A stretch of DNA of 64,000 nucleotides. Source: Saprolegnia diclina VS20 (taxonomy: Eukaryota). How positions within the stretch are numbered: the first letter of the stretch is position 1; each line of letters begins with the position of its first letter. This document shows positions 25,694 to 37,416 of the stretch, in pieces. The position numbers and the translations under genes are program-made. The notes beneath the pieces were generated by a model. That model had not been told where the DNA came from and did no database searches. It saw only the letters and a program-made list of their open reading frames with translations. The stretch covers positions 46,564-110,563 of the forward strand of contig NW_008246068.1 of assembly GCF_000281045.1 (NCBI RefSeq). Direction: 5' to 3'.

Positions 25694-26571
25694 TCCATGT
25701 CCTCGGATGTATAGTTATCGGATGCGATGTCACCATCACTCGACCGTGTTGCCTGTCTATGTGAAAAGGCGGTTGATGGCCAGTGCTACGGTAGTCTCGG
25801 ACGCCGCACCGGTCGTCGCCGCAGGGGCTTCCTCACTACGCCGGTCGTCGACTGCAGTAGCAAGCTTGCACCGTGTGGTCGTGACGTCGTAGAGAATAGG
25901 ACGACGGGCATCGACCTCGCCCGGCAGCTACCAAAGAAGCCAGCCCCGCGAACGTAGCACGCATCATCATGGGCGGAGGCGTGTAATGACCGTCACGTTG
26001 AACTTGATGCGTGATAACCCAGCGTCCTGGCTCACGAGCGCGATATCAGACGCTGCTTGCGTCGACAAGAAGACGACTACGTAAGCGTCGGGAGGCCTGT
26101 TTCTGAACGGCACCGCAGTGTATCTCGGTGGCGCTGGCTACTTCTAGGTCGCTGCATAAGCGCGCTGGGCAAATGGCGACCGAGACACCGCAGTGAGCCC
26201 GACCTCGAAATGGCGTAATCGCCTTCGCATACCGTCTTGGCGTGTGGCGCTGCCACGTATTCGCAACCGTAGGCTTTTTGTCGCCCTTTTTCTCCAAAAA
26301 AGAACTAAGGCAAATTTCAACTTGGATTTCGAGGATTTCGAGAGGAAGTTACCTACGGTGTAGTGCCTACGGTACTTCGCTGAAAAGAAAGGCCACGTCT
26401 GCATCTTTGGGTCAACTTGTCTGTCGACCTGGGACGTGACACGACTGACCGACGTAAATGCGAATTGCGTCGACGCAAAAGAGGCGGGGGCGCATGTCGC
26501 GAAGGAATCATCTTGTTCTGTGCGACGTCTGATATATCAAGCGGGTCGCTCACTTGGGAATTTGCGGCGTC

Positions 26572-26886
26572 ATGGAGTCGAGTCATCCGTGCTTGTACCG
26601 CAACAAGGTCTGCCTCCTCCCGCGCGCCGTCAAGAAGAACGGACAGCTCCACAGCCTCTGCGAGTTCCACCGCGTCAAGGCGAATCTCAACCAGCGCCGC
26701 CTCGAGAAGAAGAAAAAGTCGACGAGCCGCCCGCCCGAAACCCACAGATCGGGCTGCAAAGAGCTCTGGGTCGACCCTGTCGCCTCGAGCGACGACGACG
26801 ACTGCGACGATTTCGACGACAGCCAGGACGCCGACCACGTCATTTGGGCCGAGCCCATCAAGCTGCCCGTGCCCTCGTCTTCCTAG
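26572..26886 (+). CDS. Small oomycete-type Cys/His putative DNA-binding protein
   Basis: CLYRNKVCLLPRAVKKNGQLHSLCEFHRVKANLNQRR, a motif I recognise as common in oomycete hypothetical proteins, followed by basic and acidic tracts. Confidence 0.7.
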   Translation: MESSHPCLYRNKVCLLPRAVKKNGQLHSLCEFHRVKANLNQRRLEKKKKSTSRPPETHRSGCKELWVDPVASSDDDDCDDFDDSQDADHVIWAEPIKLPVPSSS

Positions 26887-27117
26887 TCGCACCGTCGTAT
26901 AACCTATTTAACCAGCGTTTACCCTCTTCCTCGAGAAGACGTTGGCGTCATGGAAACGCAGTTCCTGAAGTGGTCTATCCAGTCTCGATACAAGTACGAC
27001 TACGTGGTCGCTTGACGTAGCGGCGACAACGACGGCTCGACTGCTACAACGACTACTAGTCGTCATTTCGTTTCGAGTGGTGTAAATCGTATGGAAACGA
27101 GTTAGTTTGTTAGTTGA

Positions 27118-28304
27118 TCATACGGCGGGGTTGCGGTGCATGTACGGGAGGTTGCTCGTGAGGTGCTTGTTGAGGAGCCGCGTCCCGCTCTCTTCGTCGT
27201 GTGTCACAACGTGCGGCTCGGGAATCGAGTCGAGCGACAGCTTTTGCTCCGCACGCTTGGTGAGCGCGAGCACCGACTTGGTCGAGTGCACGGACCGGAT
27301 CGATTTGCATTCCGAGAGGACCGTCTACGTCCATTCGAACGCATTCGATGAGCTACGTAGATAGAGCCAGACGCACCGATGCCACGCTCTTCGAGTCATC
27401 GTCGTCGTCGTTGTCCTTGGCGTCGCGGGCGCTTAGCCGCGCGAGCGTCGCCGCGTTGAGGTACTGCCGCTCCAGGCTCTCTTGCTGGAGCCGCTCGCGG
27501 ACTTCGCCCTTCTTCTCGTCGGCCTCTTCTTGGTTGACGAGCTCCTGGAGCTGCGCGAGCTGCTCGTCGACCTGGGCGACTTGGGCCTTGAGCTCCACGT
27601 CACCCAGGAAGGTGTCAATGTCGAGGTTGTTGGCAAACGCTAAGAGGTCGTCGACGCTGTCTTCATCCTGCTGGTCGCGCTTGCTCTCGGCCTTGTCCTT
27701 GGTCAACGCCCACGCTGGCCGCGAGGCCAAGACGCCCTTTTCATCGTCGTCTACATCGCCTTAAACCCTCGGCCGATAAGTGTCATGGGTGTACCTTGGG
27801 GTCGCTGGCGGATCTTGGCGCGCAGATCGGCTTCGCGCTTGGCAAACCTAGTGGTGTGTTTTAGTCATTGGAGTATACTTAGTGTGATGGATACTTGTCC
27901 TTGCGGGAGTCTTTGGCGGCTTCGTCCTCGAGCAGCGCCGACTCGAGCCGGTCGCGCTCCTTCTGGAGGTCGTGGAGCCATTTCTTGTGCTTGGAGAGCG
28001 CCGTGTTCTTCTTATCGCGCTTCACCGCATGCTAATACTTGCGTGTGAGGCAGCGATACTGATGGCATCCTTAGGGCACCGGTGGCTCGTGGAAGATGGG
28101 GACGTTGGTGCCGATGGGCGCGGGCTGGATGCCACCGAGGAACGGACCTTTCTTGTCGACGGCGGCGACCTCCTTTTGCGCTAAATAAGCTGGCGTCAGC
28201 GAGGCTCGAAGTGGCGACGAGGTACTGGAGCTCACGCTGTTGAAGGGCCGGTTGCAGAGCATGACGCCCTTGTAGTTGCCAATGTTGACGCTCGCGCCCT
28301 CCAT
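27118..28304 (-). CDS. Conserved hypothetical coiled-coil protein (multi-exon)
   Basis: MEGASVNIGNYKGVMLCNRPF..., RPAWALT..DDLLAFANNLD.., ending NLPYMHRNPAV*. Strong coding bias across short introns. Confidence 0.7.
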
Positions 28305-28814
28305 GGTTCAATGTGCGAATAGTCGGTCAAATGAGTGAATTTGCTTTGGGACTCAAAACGCCCCTATAATTAGCTACCGGATCAAGCAGACTACTAACTA
28401 ACTAACGTTAGAGACACTGACTAGCTAGCTAGTTGAAGGGGACGGACGAGGCGCTGAGCGATACGAACACCGACTAACGTTAGTTGAAGAGCTCGTTGAA
28501 TTGAATACTAGCGCGGAGTGTCCACAGAGTCGAGCTTTGACTTTTTGTGTTTACAGTGTTAGCTAACTAGTGCTTTAACTAAAACGAGTAATCGATAAGC
28601 AGCCCTCATCACAACGCGTAAAGGGCTTCGAGGATGCATGTGGCGGGAAGATGCACTGCGATTTGACGGGTCTTTAGTCTTTTCGGGTAAACGAGTTTTA
28701 ACACCGCCGTCTAGTCCATCACGACTAACTTGGTATTTTGGTTGATGGACAATACTGTCGTCGGTGATGTATAATGCTGTCGGGGGCGGGCTTGTCGATG
28801 GCCGAAATGGCGGT

Positions 28815-29177
28815 GGCGGGAAACACGCGTGTTCTTTTATTAATTCTTTTATGTCTTTTAATGTTTAAAGCACGACCAGGGACAGGGCAATTTATCCGGT
28901 TCCCGCCGGGAGGGCGGTTTCGCGCCCGTTTTCTCTTCACGTGGGAAACGTGCATTTTACGTGAGAAGCGTGAAAAACACACGTGGGAATTTCTTTCGTT
29001 CTTCATCCCACTATACGCGCGGCGCGCGCGGTTTTTTAGGCCTGCGACGTGTGAAACGTCAGCGTGTTTCCAGCCACCACCCGGGCTTCGAATTTCCGCA
29101 TACGGTATCCGGATGATTGACCTCGCGTTTGATTGGTGGAATTGCGCGGCGAAATCCAAATCCCGCGATCTGATTGG
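28815..29177. promoter_or_regulatory. Divergent promoter region with E2F-like sites, E-boxes and CCAAT boxes
   Basis: GGCGGGAAA 28815, TTCCCGCC 28900, TTTCGCGC 28918, CACGTG 28938 and 28980, GATTGG 29131 and 29172, all upstream of the nucleoporin ATG. Confidence 0.45.
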
Positions 29178-29251
29178 TCAAAAACCTGTGGCCCGCGCAC
29201 CGAATAATCCGGTCCAAAGTTGATTTGGGTTTCGTAGTATAAAGTCCTGCG

Positions 29252-32200
29252 ATGAAGCGAGCGCACGACGACGAGGACGGGCGCCGGGCCAGCGCATGGA
29301 CCGGCTGGACGCGCGTGCTAAAGCATGTCCCGCTGCTAAGCTCCTTCCTAGGCGACGAGCATGAGCCCGCGCCGGCGCCGCCCACGCCGACGCGCCGCCC
29401 CAAGTCGCCGCTCAAGACGACGCCGCTCTCGCCGGCGCGCCGGTCGGGCTTCACGTTCGCCCGCATTGGCCTCAGCGACGACCAGCCCGAGACCGAGACC
29501 AAGGCCGAGCCGGTCTTTGAGTTTACGCGCAAGACCAAGACGCCACCCAAGAAGGCCCGCAAGGTGCTCGACTCGAGCGTGCACGACCAAGGCAACGACG
29601 ACGAGCAGTATGTGCCCGGCACGTACTCGGAGCCTGTCGTGCGGTACGCGCGCGCGCGCACGGACGAGCCGCTCGTGCCGATCAACTTGTTTGAAGAACG
29701 GCCGGCCAAGCAGGCCAAGCTCTCGCGCGGCGCGTTGATCAAGTCGTATGCCCTTTCTCGCGAAGAGCGCCGCCTGAAGCGCCCGGCGCCGAGCCGCCTC
29801 CTCGCAGCGCAGTCGATGGACGAGCGCCAAGAGCACGCCAAGGCCGTCACGGACCGCATCCTCGCGACGCTCCAGGCCCTCGAGTCGGACCCGCTCGCGC
29901 AAGAGGCCAAGAAGCCGCTCCCGAGCATGAGCATGTCGTGGAAGAAGTACCATCTCGAAGTCCAAGATAACACGGCGACGACGAACGACGTGGATATGTC
30001 GAGTAAGAGCCCCAAGACCGCGTTCCCGACGCAGAGCCTGCCCATCTTTGCTCCGCAGCCGCCGGTCGTCCAGCCGCCGACGTCCGTGGCGCCGCCGCCC
30101 GTGCTCACGACCGTGACCGTTGCCTCGACGCCTGCTCCGTCGGCGACGCCGGCTCCGGCGGTCTTTGTTGCGCCCAAGCCGGCGACTACCAGCGTGCGCA
30201 AGGCCACCGGCAACGTGTTTGCTTTTGGCCTTCCGCCCAAGGACACGGAGTTTACGTCAAAGGAGTCGCTCCTCAACGTACCTGTCGCGTACGCCTTCTC
30301 CAAGCCGCCGTCGATGAAGGTCGCCCCCGTGAAGGCGCTCACGTCGCAGAAGCCGGCCGTGCAGCCCGTGCAGGTCGTGCCCACGGCGGCCCCGGTCACG
30401 TCGCCGCCGACGTTCTCGAAGTCGACGGCACCTACAACGACGAGCACCGGCTCCAACCCGCTCGACAAGTTTAAGCAGTCGGCGCCCGGCGGCTGGAAGT
30501 GCCCGTCGTGCTACGTCGCCAACAAGGACACGCAGGTCAAGTGCCCGTGCTGCAACACGGACAAGCCGTCGGCTGCGCCCGTGGTCGCTGCCCCTGTCGC
30601 TCCGTCGATTACTGCACCCGTGGCGTCGACGTCGGCGCCGGCGCCGGCCATGGACAGCAGCAACCCGCTGGCGCGCTTCTTGGTCCAAGCGCCCGGGACG
30701 TGGCAGTGCCCGGGATGCAAGGTGCACAACAAGGCGGCGCAGGCCAAGTGCCCGTGCTGCAACACGGACAAGTCGACGGCCGAGCCTGCCCCGGTGGTCA
30801 CCAGCGAGCCGGAGTCGAAGAAGAAGCGCAAGGCCTCGGACGACAGCAACAGCGCGCCTGCCAAGACGACGTTTGCATTCACGGTACCGACGACCGATGC
30901 CTCGGCGCCGGTTGATGTCACCGACAAGCCGCTTCCGACCTTTGGCTTTAGCGCGCCGGCGGCCAAGACTGCGGACGCACCGTCGGCTGGCTTTTCCTTT
31001 GGCATCTCGTCGACCGACAAGCCGACCGACAAGCCTGCTGCGGGCTTCAGCTTCAGCGCTCCCGCGGCCGACAAGCCGACCGACAAGCCCGCCGCCGGCT
31101 TCAGCTTCAGCGCTCCCGCGTCGGAGAAGCCGACCGACAAGCCCGCCGCCGGCTTCAGCTTCAGCGCTCCCGCGTCGGAGAAGCCGACCGACAAGCCAGC
31201 TACGGGCTTTGGCTTCAGCGCTGCGACGACCGACAAGCCAGCTACGGGCTTTGGCTTCAGCGCTGCGACGACCGACAAGGCAGCGGACAAGCCTGCTGTA
31301 AGCTTGGGCTTTGGCGCGTCGACGGCCGAGAAGCCATCGACGGGCTTTGGCTTTGGTGCCTCGTCGCCTGCGGACAAGCCGGCGGAGAAGTCCGCGACGG
31401 GCTTTTCGTTTGGTGCTGCCGACAAGCCGGCGGACAAGCCTGCTTTGGGCTTCGGCTTTGGTGCCACCACGTCGGCCGCCAAGCCGGATGAGAAGAAGAC
31501 GGCAATGAGCTTTGGCTTTGGTGTCGACAAGCCCGCGGATGCCGCCGCCAAGCCGGTGGAGGCGGACAAGCCCGCAGAGAAGGCGACCATGTCGTTTGGT
31601 GCATTTGGCGCGACGGCCGACAAGGCGACGACCAGTTTTGGCTTTGGCGCGGCGACGCCCAAGGACATGACCGAGACGCCTGCGGCCCCAGCACTCTCGT
31701 TTGGCACGGCGTCCTCTGCGCCGCCTGCCGACAAGGCGCTTTCGTTCGGTACCGACAAGCCCACGACGTCGCCATCCTTTACGTTTGGCGCCAACAAGAC
31801 AACGGCAGAGGCACCTGCCCCGTCGACGTCGTTCAACTTTGGCGCGTCCAAGCCGACCGACTCGTTGGGTGCATTTGGCGCGACGGCCGACAAGCCGGTG
31901 ACCGCATTTGGCGACAAGCCCACGTTTACGTTTGGCGGTGCGTCGACCGAGAAGCCTGCGTTCAGCACGCCGGCGACGACGGAAGCGACTCGCAACGCGA
32001 CCTCGTTTGGCTTTGGCAGCAGCGCCCCAAGCGCCACGACGACCTTTGGCGCGCCGTCGTCGGCTTCGGCCTTTGCGTCGCCGTCGCCCACGACCGCCTT
32101 TGGCGCTGCACCACCGGCGGCGTTCAACCCCACTGCCTTTGGTGCTGCACCGGCCGCGACGCCGGCGTTCGGTGCCCCAACGGCGTCAACGGGCTTTGGC

Positions 32201-32572
32201 TCGTCCTCGGCGTTTGGCAGCAGTGCTCCTGCACCTGCCTTTAACGCTGCGCCGAGCTTTGGCGCCCCTGCTCCTGCAGCGGGTGCTGGCTTTGGCGCGG
32301 CGCCGGCTCCCTCGGCTTTTGGCGCCCCGACGGCGTTCGGTGGCAACAACAACAGTGGCTTTGGCGCGCCGGCGGCCTCTGCATTCGGCGGGGCCCCGGC
32401 GTTTGGTGCGCCAGCGGCCAATGCTTTCGGTGCTGCTCCTGCGGCTCCGTTTGGCGGCGGCTTCAACGCAGCGCCTCCTGCTGCTGCGGGGGGTTTCTCG
32501 ATGGGCCAAGCGCCGCCCAAGCAAGGCGGCGGCCCGCGTCGTATTGTGCGGGCGCGCTCGGTACGCAAGTAG
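29252..32572 (+). CDS. Nup153/Nup1-like FG nucleoporin with two RanBP2-type zinc fingers
   Basis: WKCPSCYVANKDTQVKCPCC and WQCPGCKVHNKAAQAKCPCC; FSF/FGFG/AFG repeats; basic C-terminus RRIVRARSVRK; single 1106-aa ORF. Confidence 0.88.
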   Translation: MKRAHDDEDGRRASAWTGWTRVLKHVPLLSSFLGDEHEPAPAPPTPTRRPKSPLKTTPLSPARRSGFTFARIGLSDDQPETETKAEPVFEFTRKTKTPPKKARKVLDSSVHDQGNDDEQYVPGTYSEPVVRYARARTDEPLVPINLFEERPAKQAKLSRGALIKSYALSREERRLKRPAPSRLLAAQSMDERQEHAKAVTDRILATLQALESDPLAQEAKKPLPSMSMSWKKYHLEVQDNTATTNDVDMSSKSPKTAFPTQSLPIFAPQPPVVQPPTSVAPPPVLTTVTVASTPAPSATPAPAVFVAPKPATTSVRKATGNVFAFGLPPKDTEFTSKESLLNVPVAYAFSKPPSMKVAPVKALTSQKPAVQPVQVVPTAAPVTSPPTFSKSTAPTTTSTGSNPLDKFKQSAPGGWKCPSCYVANKDTQVKCPCCNTDKPSAAPVVAAPVAPSITAPVASTSAPAPAMDSSNPLARFLVQAPGTWQCPGCKVHNKAAQAKCPCCNTDKSTAEPAPVVTSEPESKKKRKASDDSNSAPAKTTFAFTVPTTDASAPVDVTDKPLPTFGFSAPAAKTADAPSAGFSFGISSTDKPTDKPAAGFSFSAPAADKPTDKPAAGFSFSAPASEKPTDKPAAGFSFSAPASEKPTDKPATGFGFSAATTDKPATGFGFSAATTDKAADKPAVSLGFGASTAEKPSTGFGFGASSPADKPAEKSATGFSFGAADKPADKPALGFGFGATTSAAKPDEKKTAMSFGFGVDKPADAAAKPVEADKPAEKATMSFGAFGATADKATTSFGFGAATPKDMTETPAAPALSFGTASSAPPADKALSFGTDKPTTSPSFTFGANKTTAEAPAPSTSFNFGASKPTDSLGAFGATADKPVTAFGDKPTFTFGGASTEKPAFSTPATTEATRNATSFGFGSSAPSATTTFGAPSSASAFASPSPTTAFGAAPPAAFNPTAFGAAPAATPAFGAPTASTGFGSSSAFGSSAPAPAFNAAPSFGAPAPAAGAGFGAAPAPSAFGAPTAFGGNNNSGFGAPAASAFGGAPAFGAPAANAFGAAPAAPFGGGFNAAPPAAAGGFSMGQAPPKQGGGPRRIVRARSVRK
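31015..31290 (+). repeat. Coding tandem repeats (60-bp and 48-bp units; DKPTDKPAAGFSFSAPA) within the nucleoporin
   Basis: Near-identical units gacaagccgaccgacaagccc...ggcttcagcttcagcgctcccgcg. Confidence 0.85.
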
Positions 32573-33043
32573 GTAAAACAAGTAATATTAATATAACACG
32601 CAGCGGGGTTTGCCCTGTCCTCGGTACGACGCTGGCTTTGGTGCACTTGTGAAGCGAGCAGAGGTTGAGGGTCCTTGGATCGGTCCATCGTCAGTCTGGT
32701 CGTTGGTCGCTTTCACCAACAACCGTTGCGGCAGGAGCAGGCTGCCGACTGGACCTGCAGAAGGTACTAGTATTGGACTTGGTCGTGCTCGCAATTTACA
32801 GCGCTGTCGACCCTGTCGGCTCAGCGTTTGGACGGCTACGCACTCGGGAAACGCTAGCAAGAAGTGAAAGGTATCGAGACCCCATCCACCGACACCAAGT
32901 TTATTCATCAACAATCACGTGGGAGATGAATGGATTCAGGAGCAACATGTGATTCCTTGGCACCGCAATAGCTACGGCAATCCTGTGCAATCCTGTATCA
33001 ACCTTGCCAATATGACCCTGCAGACTGCACTTTGCAATTGAAT

Positions 33044-34964
33044 ATGCTCTGCGCGTTCGTCGCCACGGCGCTCGCTGTCTTTGCTTCTGCAGCCCCCGTC
33101 ACGGTCTACGATCGCTCCGACTTGAACGGCTACGCGCTCAGCTTGGACGTAGCAGGGCTCACGAACTTGACAAGCAGCTGGCAAAATGACATCAGGTCGG
33201 TCCAAGTGCAGCCCGGCTACGTCTTTGTGACCTACTCCACGGAACTTTGCGACTTGCATTTGACGGCTACCAATGCGCTCTTCTACATGGAGTGGATGAG
33301 CTCAACACCAACTCTTGGCCGCATCTGGCAAGCCCAGGCCGAATCCTACGAGGTGCGCCGGACCAGTGCTACATGAGCACGCACGAACGAAGACGACTAC
33401 CTCGTCGTTGCGGCGCTGTACACCAACGTCAACTACAAGGGCGGCGTGCTGCTGCTCTCGACGGGCCAGAAAACACTCAAAAGTGGTTATTCCAACCAAA
33501 TCTCGTCGATCATGGTCGCTCCCGGCTACACCATGACTGCCTCCAGTGCCGACGGATCAACAACAACGTTCACGGAAGACTCGAGCAGCCTCAACAGCAT
33601 CTGGGACAAAGCCATCGTTGCCGTGTCGCTCGCTCGCACCATCACCACGACGCCCGTGGTGACTACACTGCCATCGGTGACGACAGCCGCGGTGACAGCC
33701 TCACCCCGGCCGACAAGTGCACCCCAGCCAACGAGCATGACGGTGACAGCGACGTCGCAGCCAGCCGCGATTACGGCGATAGCTACGCTGCAGCCAGTGA
33801 TCACGACGACCAACGACAGTACGCCGTCCATGACTGGCATGACGTGGTTAATGACGTGGCTTCATAGATACGACCGTCATTGTCGGCTGCAGCGCGGCCG
33901 TCGTCATCGCCATCTTAGTAGCTGTCTTCTTCGTTTTGCGATCCAAGAAGAACAAGAAGAAGACGACCTCCATCAGCCTCGTCGAGCCCTTCATCTCGAC
34001 CAACCAACAGCGCAACCCCAACGCTGGCCTCATCGACCTCAGTGGCCTCTACAAGGTCCGCCTCGACCAAGCAATGCTGCACCTCGACTGCGTCCTCGGC
34101 TACGGCTCGTTCGCAGCCGTCTCCAAGGGCTCCTACAACGGCATTCCCGTTGCTGTCAAGCAACTCCAGAGCAGTCGGCGGTCCAACGCCGACATTCAGA
34201 GCTTCGTCAACGAGATCGAACTCATGGCTCGGTGCATTATCACATCTCTCTACTCTTTCTAAACCAAGGCGTAGGTTCAACTCGGCCCACATCATCAAGC
34301 TCATCGGCGCTGCTTGGACAACCCCGATGGACTTGTGTGCGGTCATGGAGCTCATGGACCAAGGCGACCTCAAGGACTACTTGGCAGCGCATGACGCCAG
34401 CGTGTACACGTGGGCGATGAAGCTCGAGGCGCTGCGGGGAATCGTCGACGGTCTCTCGTACCTCCACTCGCTCAACATTGTCCACCGCGATCTCAAGTCC
34501 CGCAACGTGCTGCTGGACTCGGTCAAAGGCGTCAAGATCGTCGACTTTGGTGTCGCCAAGGAAGACGTCCAAGGCACCATGACGATGGGTGTCGGGACGT
34601 TCCGGTGGATGGCCCCCGAGGTCCTTCTTGAGAGCGCGTACTCGGTGGCGGCCGACATGTACTCGTTTGGTACGACAACTATCTTGGTGGACTAGTTCTT
34701 ATTCTTTGCTAAGGCATGCTCCTCTCAGAGTTTGACTCGCACCACATTCCGTACCAAGATTTGACCAACCCGACGACGGGCAAACCGCTCGCCGACCCTG
34801 CGATCATCGGTGGCGTCTTGAACGGCTCGACCAAGCCGACGTTCAGCGAGACGTGCCCACTTTGGGTCAAGACGTTGGCCGACGCGTGCCTTCAGTTCCG
34901 AGCAGTCGACCGCCCAACGATCTATGACGTGGCAGCAACGTTGGCCAAAGTCCAAGTGACCTGA
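33044..34964 (+). CDS. Receptor-like TKL kinase with two beta/gamma-crystallin-like ectodomains and a Thr-rich stalk (in-frame TGA at 33374)
   Basis: Signal peptide; VTVYDRSDLNG..WQNDIRSVQVQPGYVFVTY; LYTNVNYKG..YSNQISSIMVAPGY; intron 33819-33867; TM; LGYGSFA, VAVK, HRDLKSRNVL, DFG, GTFRWMAPE; two further introns. Confidence 0.85.
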
Positions 34965-35266
34965 GTCTGCCATTTAATGATGCTCCTAAACCCATTCAAT
35001 GCATACAGTTTTTATAGTTCAATCTTCGTGATAACCACAACCTGTCTGTGAAACTCACTTGAACCCTGGCCCTATATTGACAAGCAATTTCCCGATGGCA
35101 GTGTCCGAGTAGCTTCAACGAATGACCTAAATGGGCATAACAGATTCAATCGACTACAGACAACTAAGTGCGCGCCGTACACGCAGGTGGTTTTGCCAGC
35201 ACATGAGTGGCTCGCCCTTCGAGCCTGTCATGAAGACGTCATCTCGATTCCCATAATCTTTGAAAG

Positions 35267-36500
35267 TCAACGAGCGTCGCATTGGCTAACGTCGCAGCCG
35301 TGTGCATTTCGGGTGAGAAGCCACGCGTGCAAGGCATTGTACTCGGCACGACTGAGCGGCGGCGGCACCACGCCGTCGCCGCCGTTGAGCCACATGTTGG
35401 GGTTTTGGCGGCCGCTCTGGGGGCTCTGGTCGGCCACAAATACCTGGTTACCCAAGGCTCTCAGCTCCTGAAGCGCGCTGCTAAAGTTGCTCAGAATCGC
35501 TTCAACGTCGTCTATCGACTGCTCGGTGCAGGGCAGCCCGGCGTACGCGCAGCAGACCGGCGTCGACGCACCATGCGTCACGTTGCCCGGGTTGAGGTAC
35601 TTGGACCAGTGCGAAACGAAGCGCACGGCTTGACCATGGTGAGGTAGCCGTGAAACTCGGGCCGCCCGTTCTTTGTCGCCAACTGCACAAAGCGGGGCTT
35701 GAGCATGTCCGCGTGCGAGTCGCCAATGACAAAGAGGAGGCCGTTGCGCGCTTCTCCACCCGGGCGCAATACGACACAGGTCTCGGGCGATTTCTTGTCG
35801 GCGTGGTCTGCAAACTCAACAAAGTCTTTGGGCAGGTCAACACCGGTGACGTACGTCGAGAACGGCGTCGGGACCCGCAGCCAAGAGGACGAGTTGACGG
35901 CAGCAGCGCCCAAAAGCCTGGAAACGCGCAGCTCTCGTCGATACTGGCATACGCGAGGAGCGCACCGTCGAGCAGGACAAGAAGCGGGATCGTCCGGGCG
36001 TGGCCAAAGCCTCAGCGTCATCATTATGGTCGTCGTCATCGTCGCTGGTACGTTTTGGGGACGGCGTCCGGCGGGCGTAGGCGAAAAGACCACCAAGGGC
36101 CGCTGCCAAAACCGCGGGAACGGGAGGTAGAATGACATTTTGTTGTTGCCGCCGACACCGAGAAGCGCGATATTGAGCGCAAAGCTGGCGGTGAGGACGT
36201 TGAGTTGCAGGAGGATGTTGCGACTCGGACGCAGCATCCTCCTGCAACTCAACGCCACGAAGGGCCAAATGAGATGAAGGAAGGACGATCAAGCTGCTTG
36301 ATAATAAAAGGACGGGAGCGGTCGTTTGGTGGTGCCAAAGAGCACGATGTGCTTCAGGTGGCGCAGAAGGACACGAATAGAGGATGTGATTAGCAGATGT
36401 GTGTCTCCCGCTCCACGCCATGGACCGAGGATTGATGACGTGGCAGAGCCACTGGCCAAGGTACGCGTCGGAAGGACGGAAGACGCCGCCGTAGACTCGA
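35267..36500 (-). pseudogene. Degenerate acyltransferase-3/SGNH-domain gene
   Basis: Fragments in different frames: HLALRGVE (cf. HLWSLGVEEQFY), SFYLPFPRFWQ and VIGDSHADML (SGNH). Frameshifts and large deletions. Confidence 0.6.
36198..36254. repeat. 25-bp inverted repeat (hairpin, 7-nt loop)
   Basis: cgttgagttgcaggaggatgttgcg-actcgga-cgcagcatcctcctgcaactcaacg, with one G:T pair. Confidence 0.9.
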
Positions 36501-37416
36501 CTTTGAAGTACAGTTTAATTGCTAAACTGTGCAACGTATAGCCACAATCAGGCTATCATGGAGCGTCGTGGACGGGCCGGCTAGCGTCGGTCGGTGCTGC
36601 CGGCGAGGTGATGCACTTGGCCGAATATGCACCCTTTTCATTGGTCAATTCCAAAAATATCTGCAGATTATTCACCAATCACATACCGGAATGCGCTTGA
36701 GAAACAGGAAACGTGGCAGCCTCCGAGCAGCGCTGGTCGGGTGCAACTGGCTTCGATCGCCGATCTTGGATTCTACTGTCAAGGCCGAGCATGCTTGAAG
36801 CGCTGGTTGACCAACACACCCGCAATAGCGAGCACTCGCTCTTCTCAAAGAACAGATTCGACCAGACCACAGCAGCCTTTCCTCTTCCGACAGTGGTCAC
36901 GTCCTGTCAGCTGCGGCATGGGAGGTTTCGCGACTGCGCCATCGACGCAGGTGCGTCGCCGCCGCATGGAGCGTTGGTGAGCGCTCTCATGGGCTCATAC
37001 TCGGAGGAAAGAAGCGGCCAGTAGCCGTCGTTGCTGCTGCGTCACGCGATCTCTTCTCGATCACGGCTTCCTCCAGCACCAAGCAACGCTCTGTCGCACT
37101 CGTCACTGTAGACCATCTTCCGCTACCATCCATCTCCACTTTCGCGCCAGCGTCATCTTCTTTGCTCGCTCGCGCGACACCAGCAGCGTGCACGCATTCT
37201 ACCTCCTGCATCTCGCTGCAACTCAGCAACGAGTGAGCTGGCGAGCGCGCCGAGGTCTCTACGTCCACGGCGACCTCGCTAGTTACTCACGCGTCAGTGG
37301 CCAGTGCGCAGGGACTCGTGGCGACGCGACAGCGACGGCTACCACTTCAACAAGTAGCTCGGTGTCCGATTATACTGCGATGGTCGAGGCTCACACGGCT
37401 TTAGTCGCTCTCGCCG

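Noticed and set aside
31015..31290. CRISPR-like spaced repeats
   Set aside because: These are in-frame coding repeats of an FG nucleoporin in a eukaryote; no unique spacers or cas genes.
30511..32688. 725-aa antisense ORF, and similar long ORFs at 39613-40923, 19692-22268, 18001-19080 and 23149-24183
   Set aside because: Shadow ORFs opposite real GC3-rich genes; some are also inflated by N runs. No independent motifs.
33374..33376. Selenocysteine recoding of the in-frame TGA
   Set aside because: It lies in a linker with no Cys/redox context, and no SECIS could be identified.
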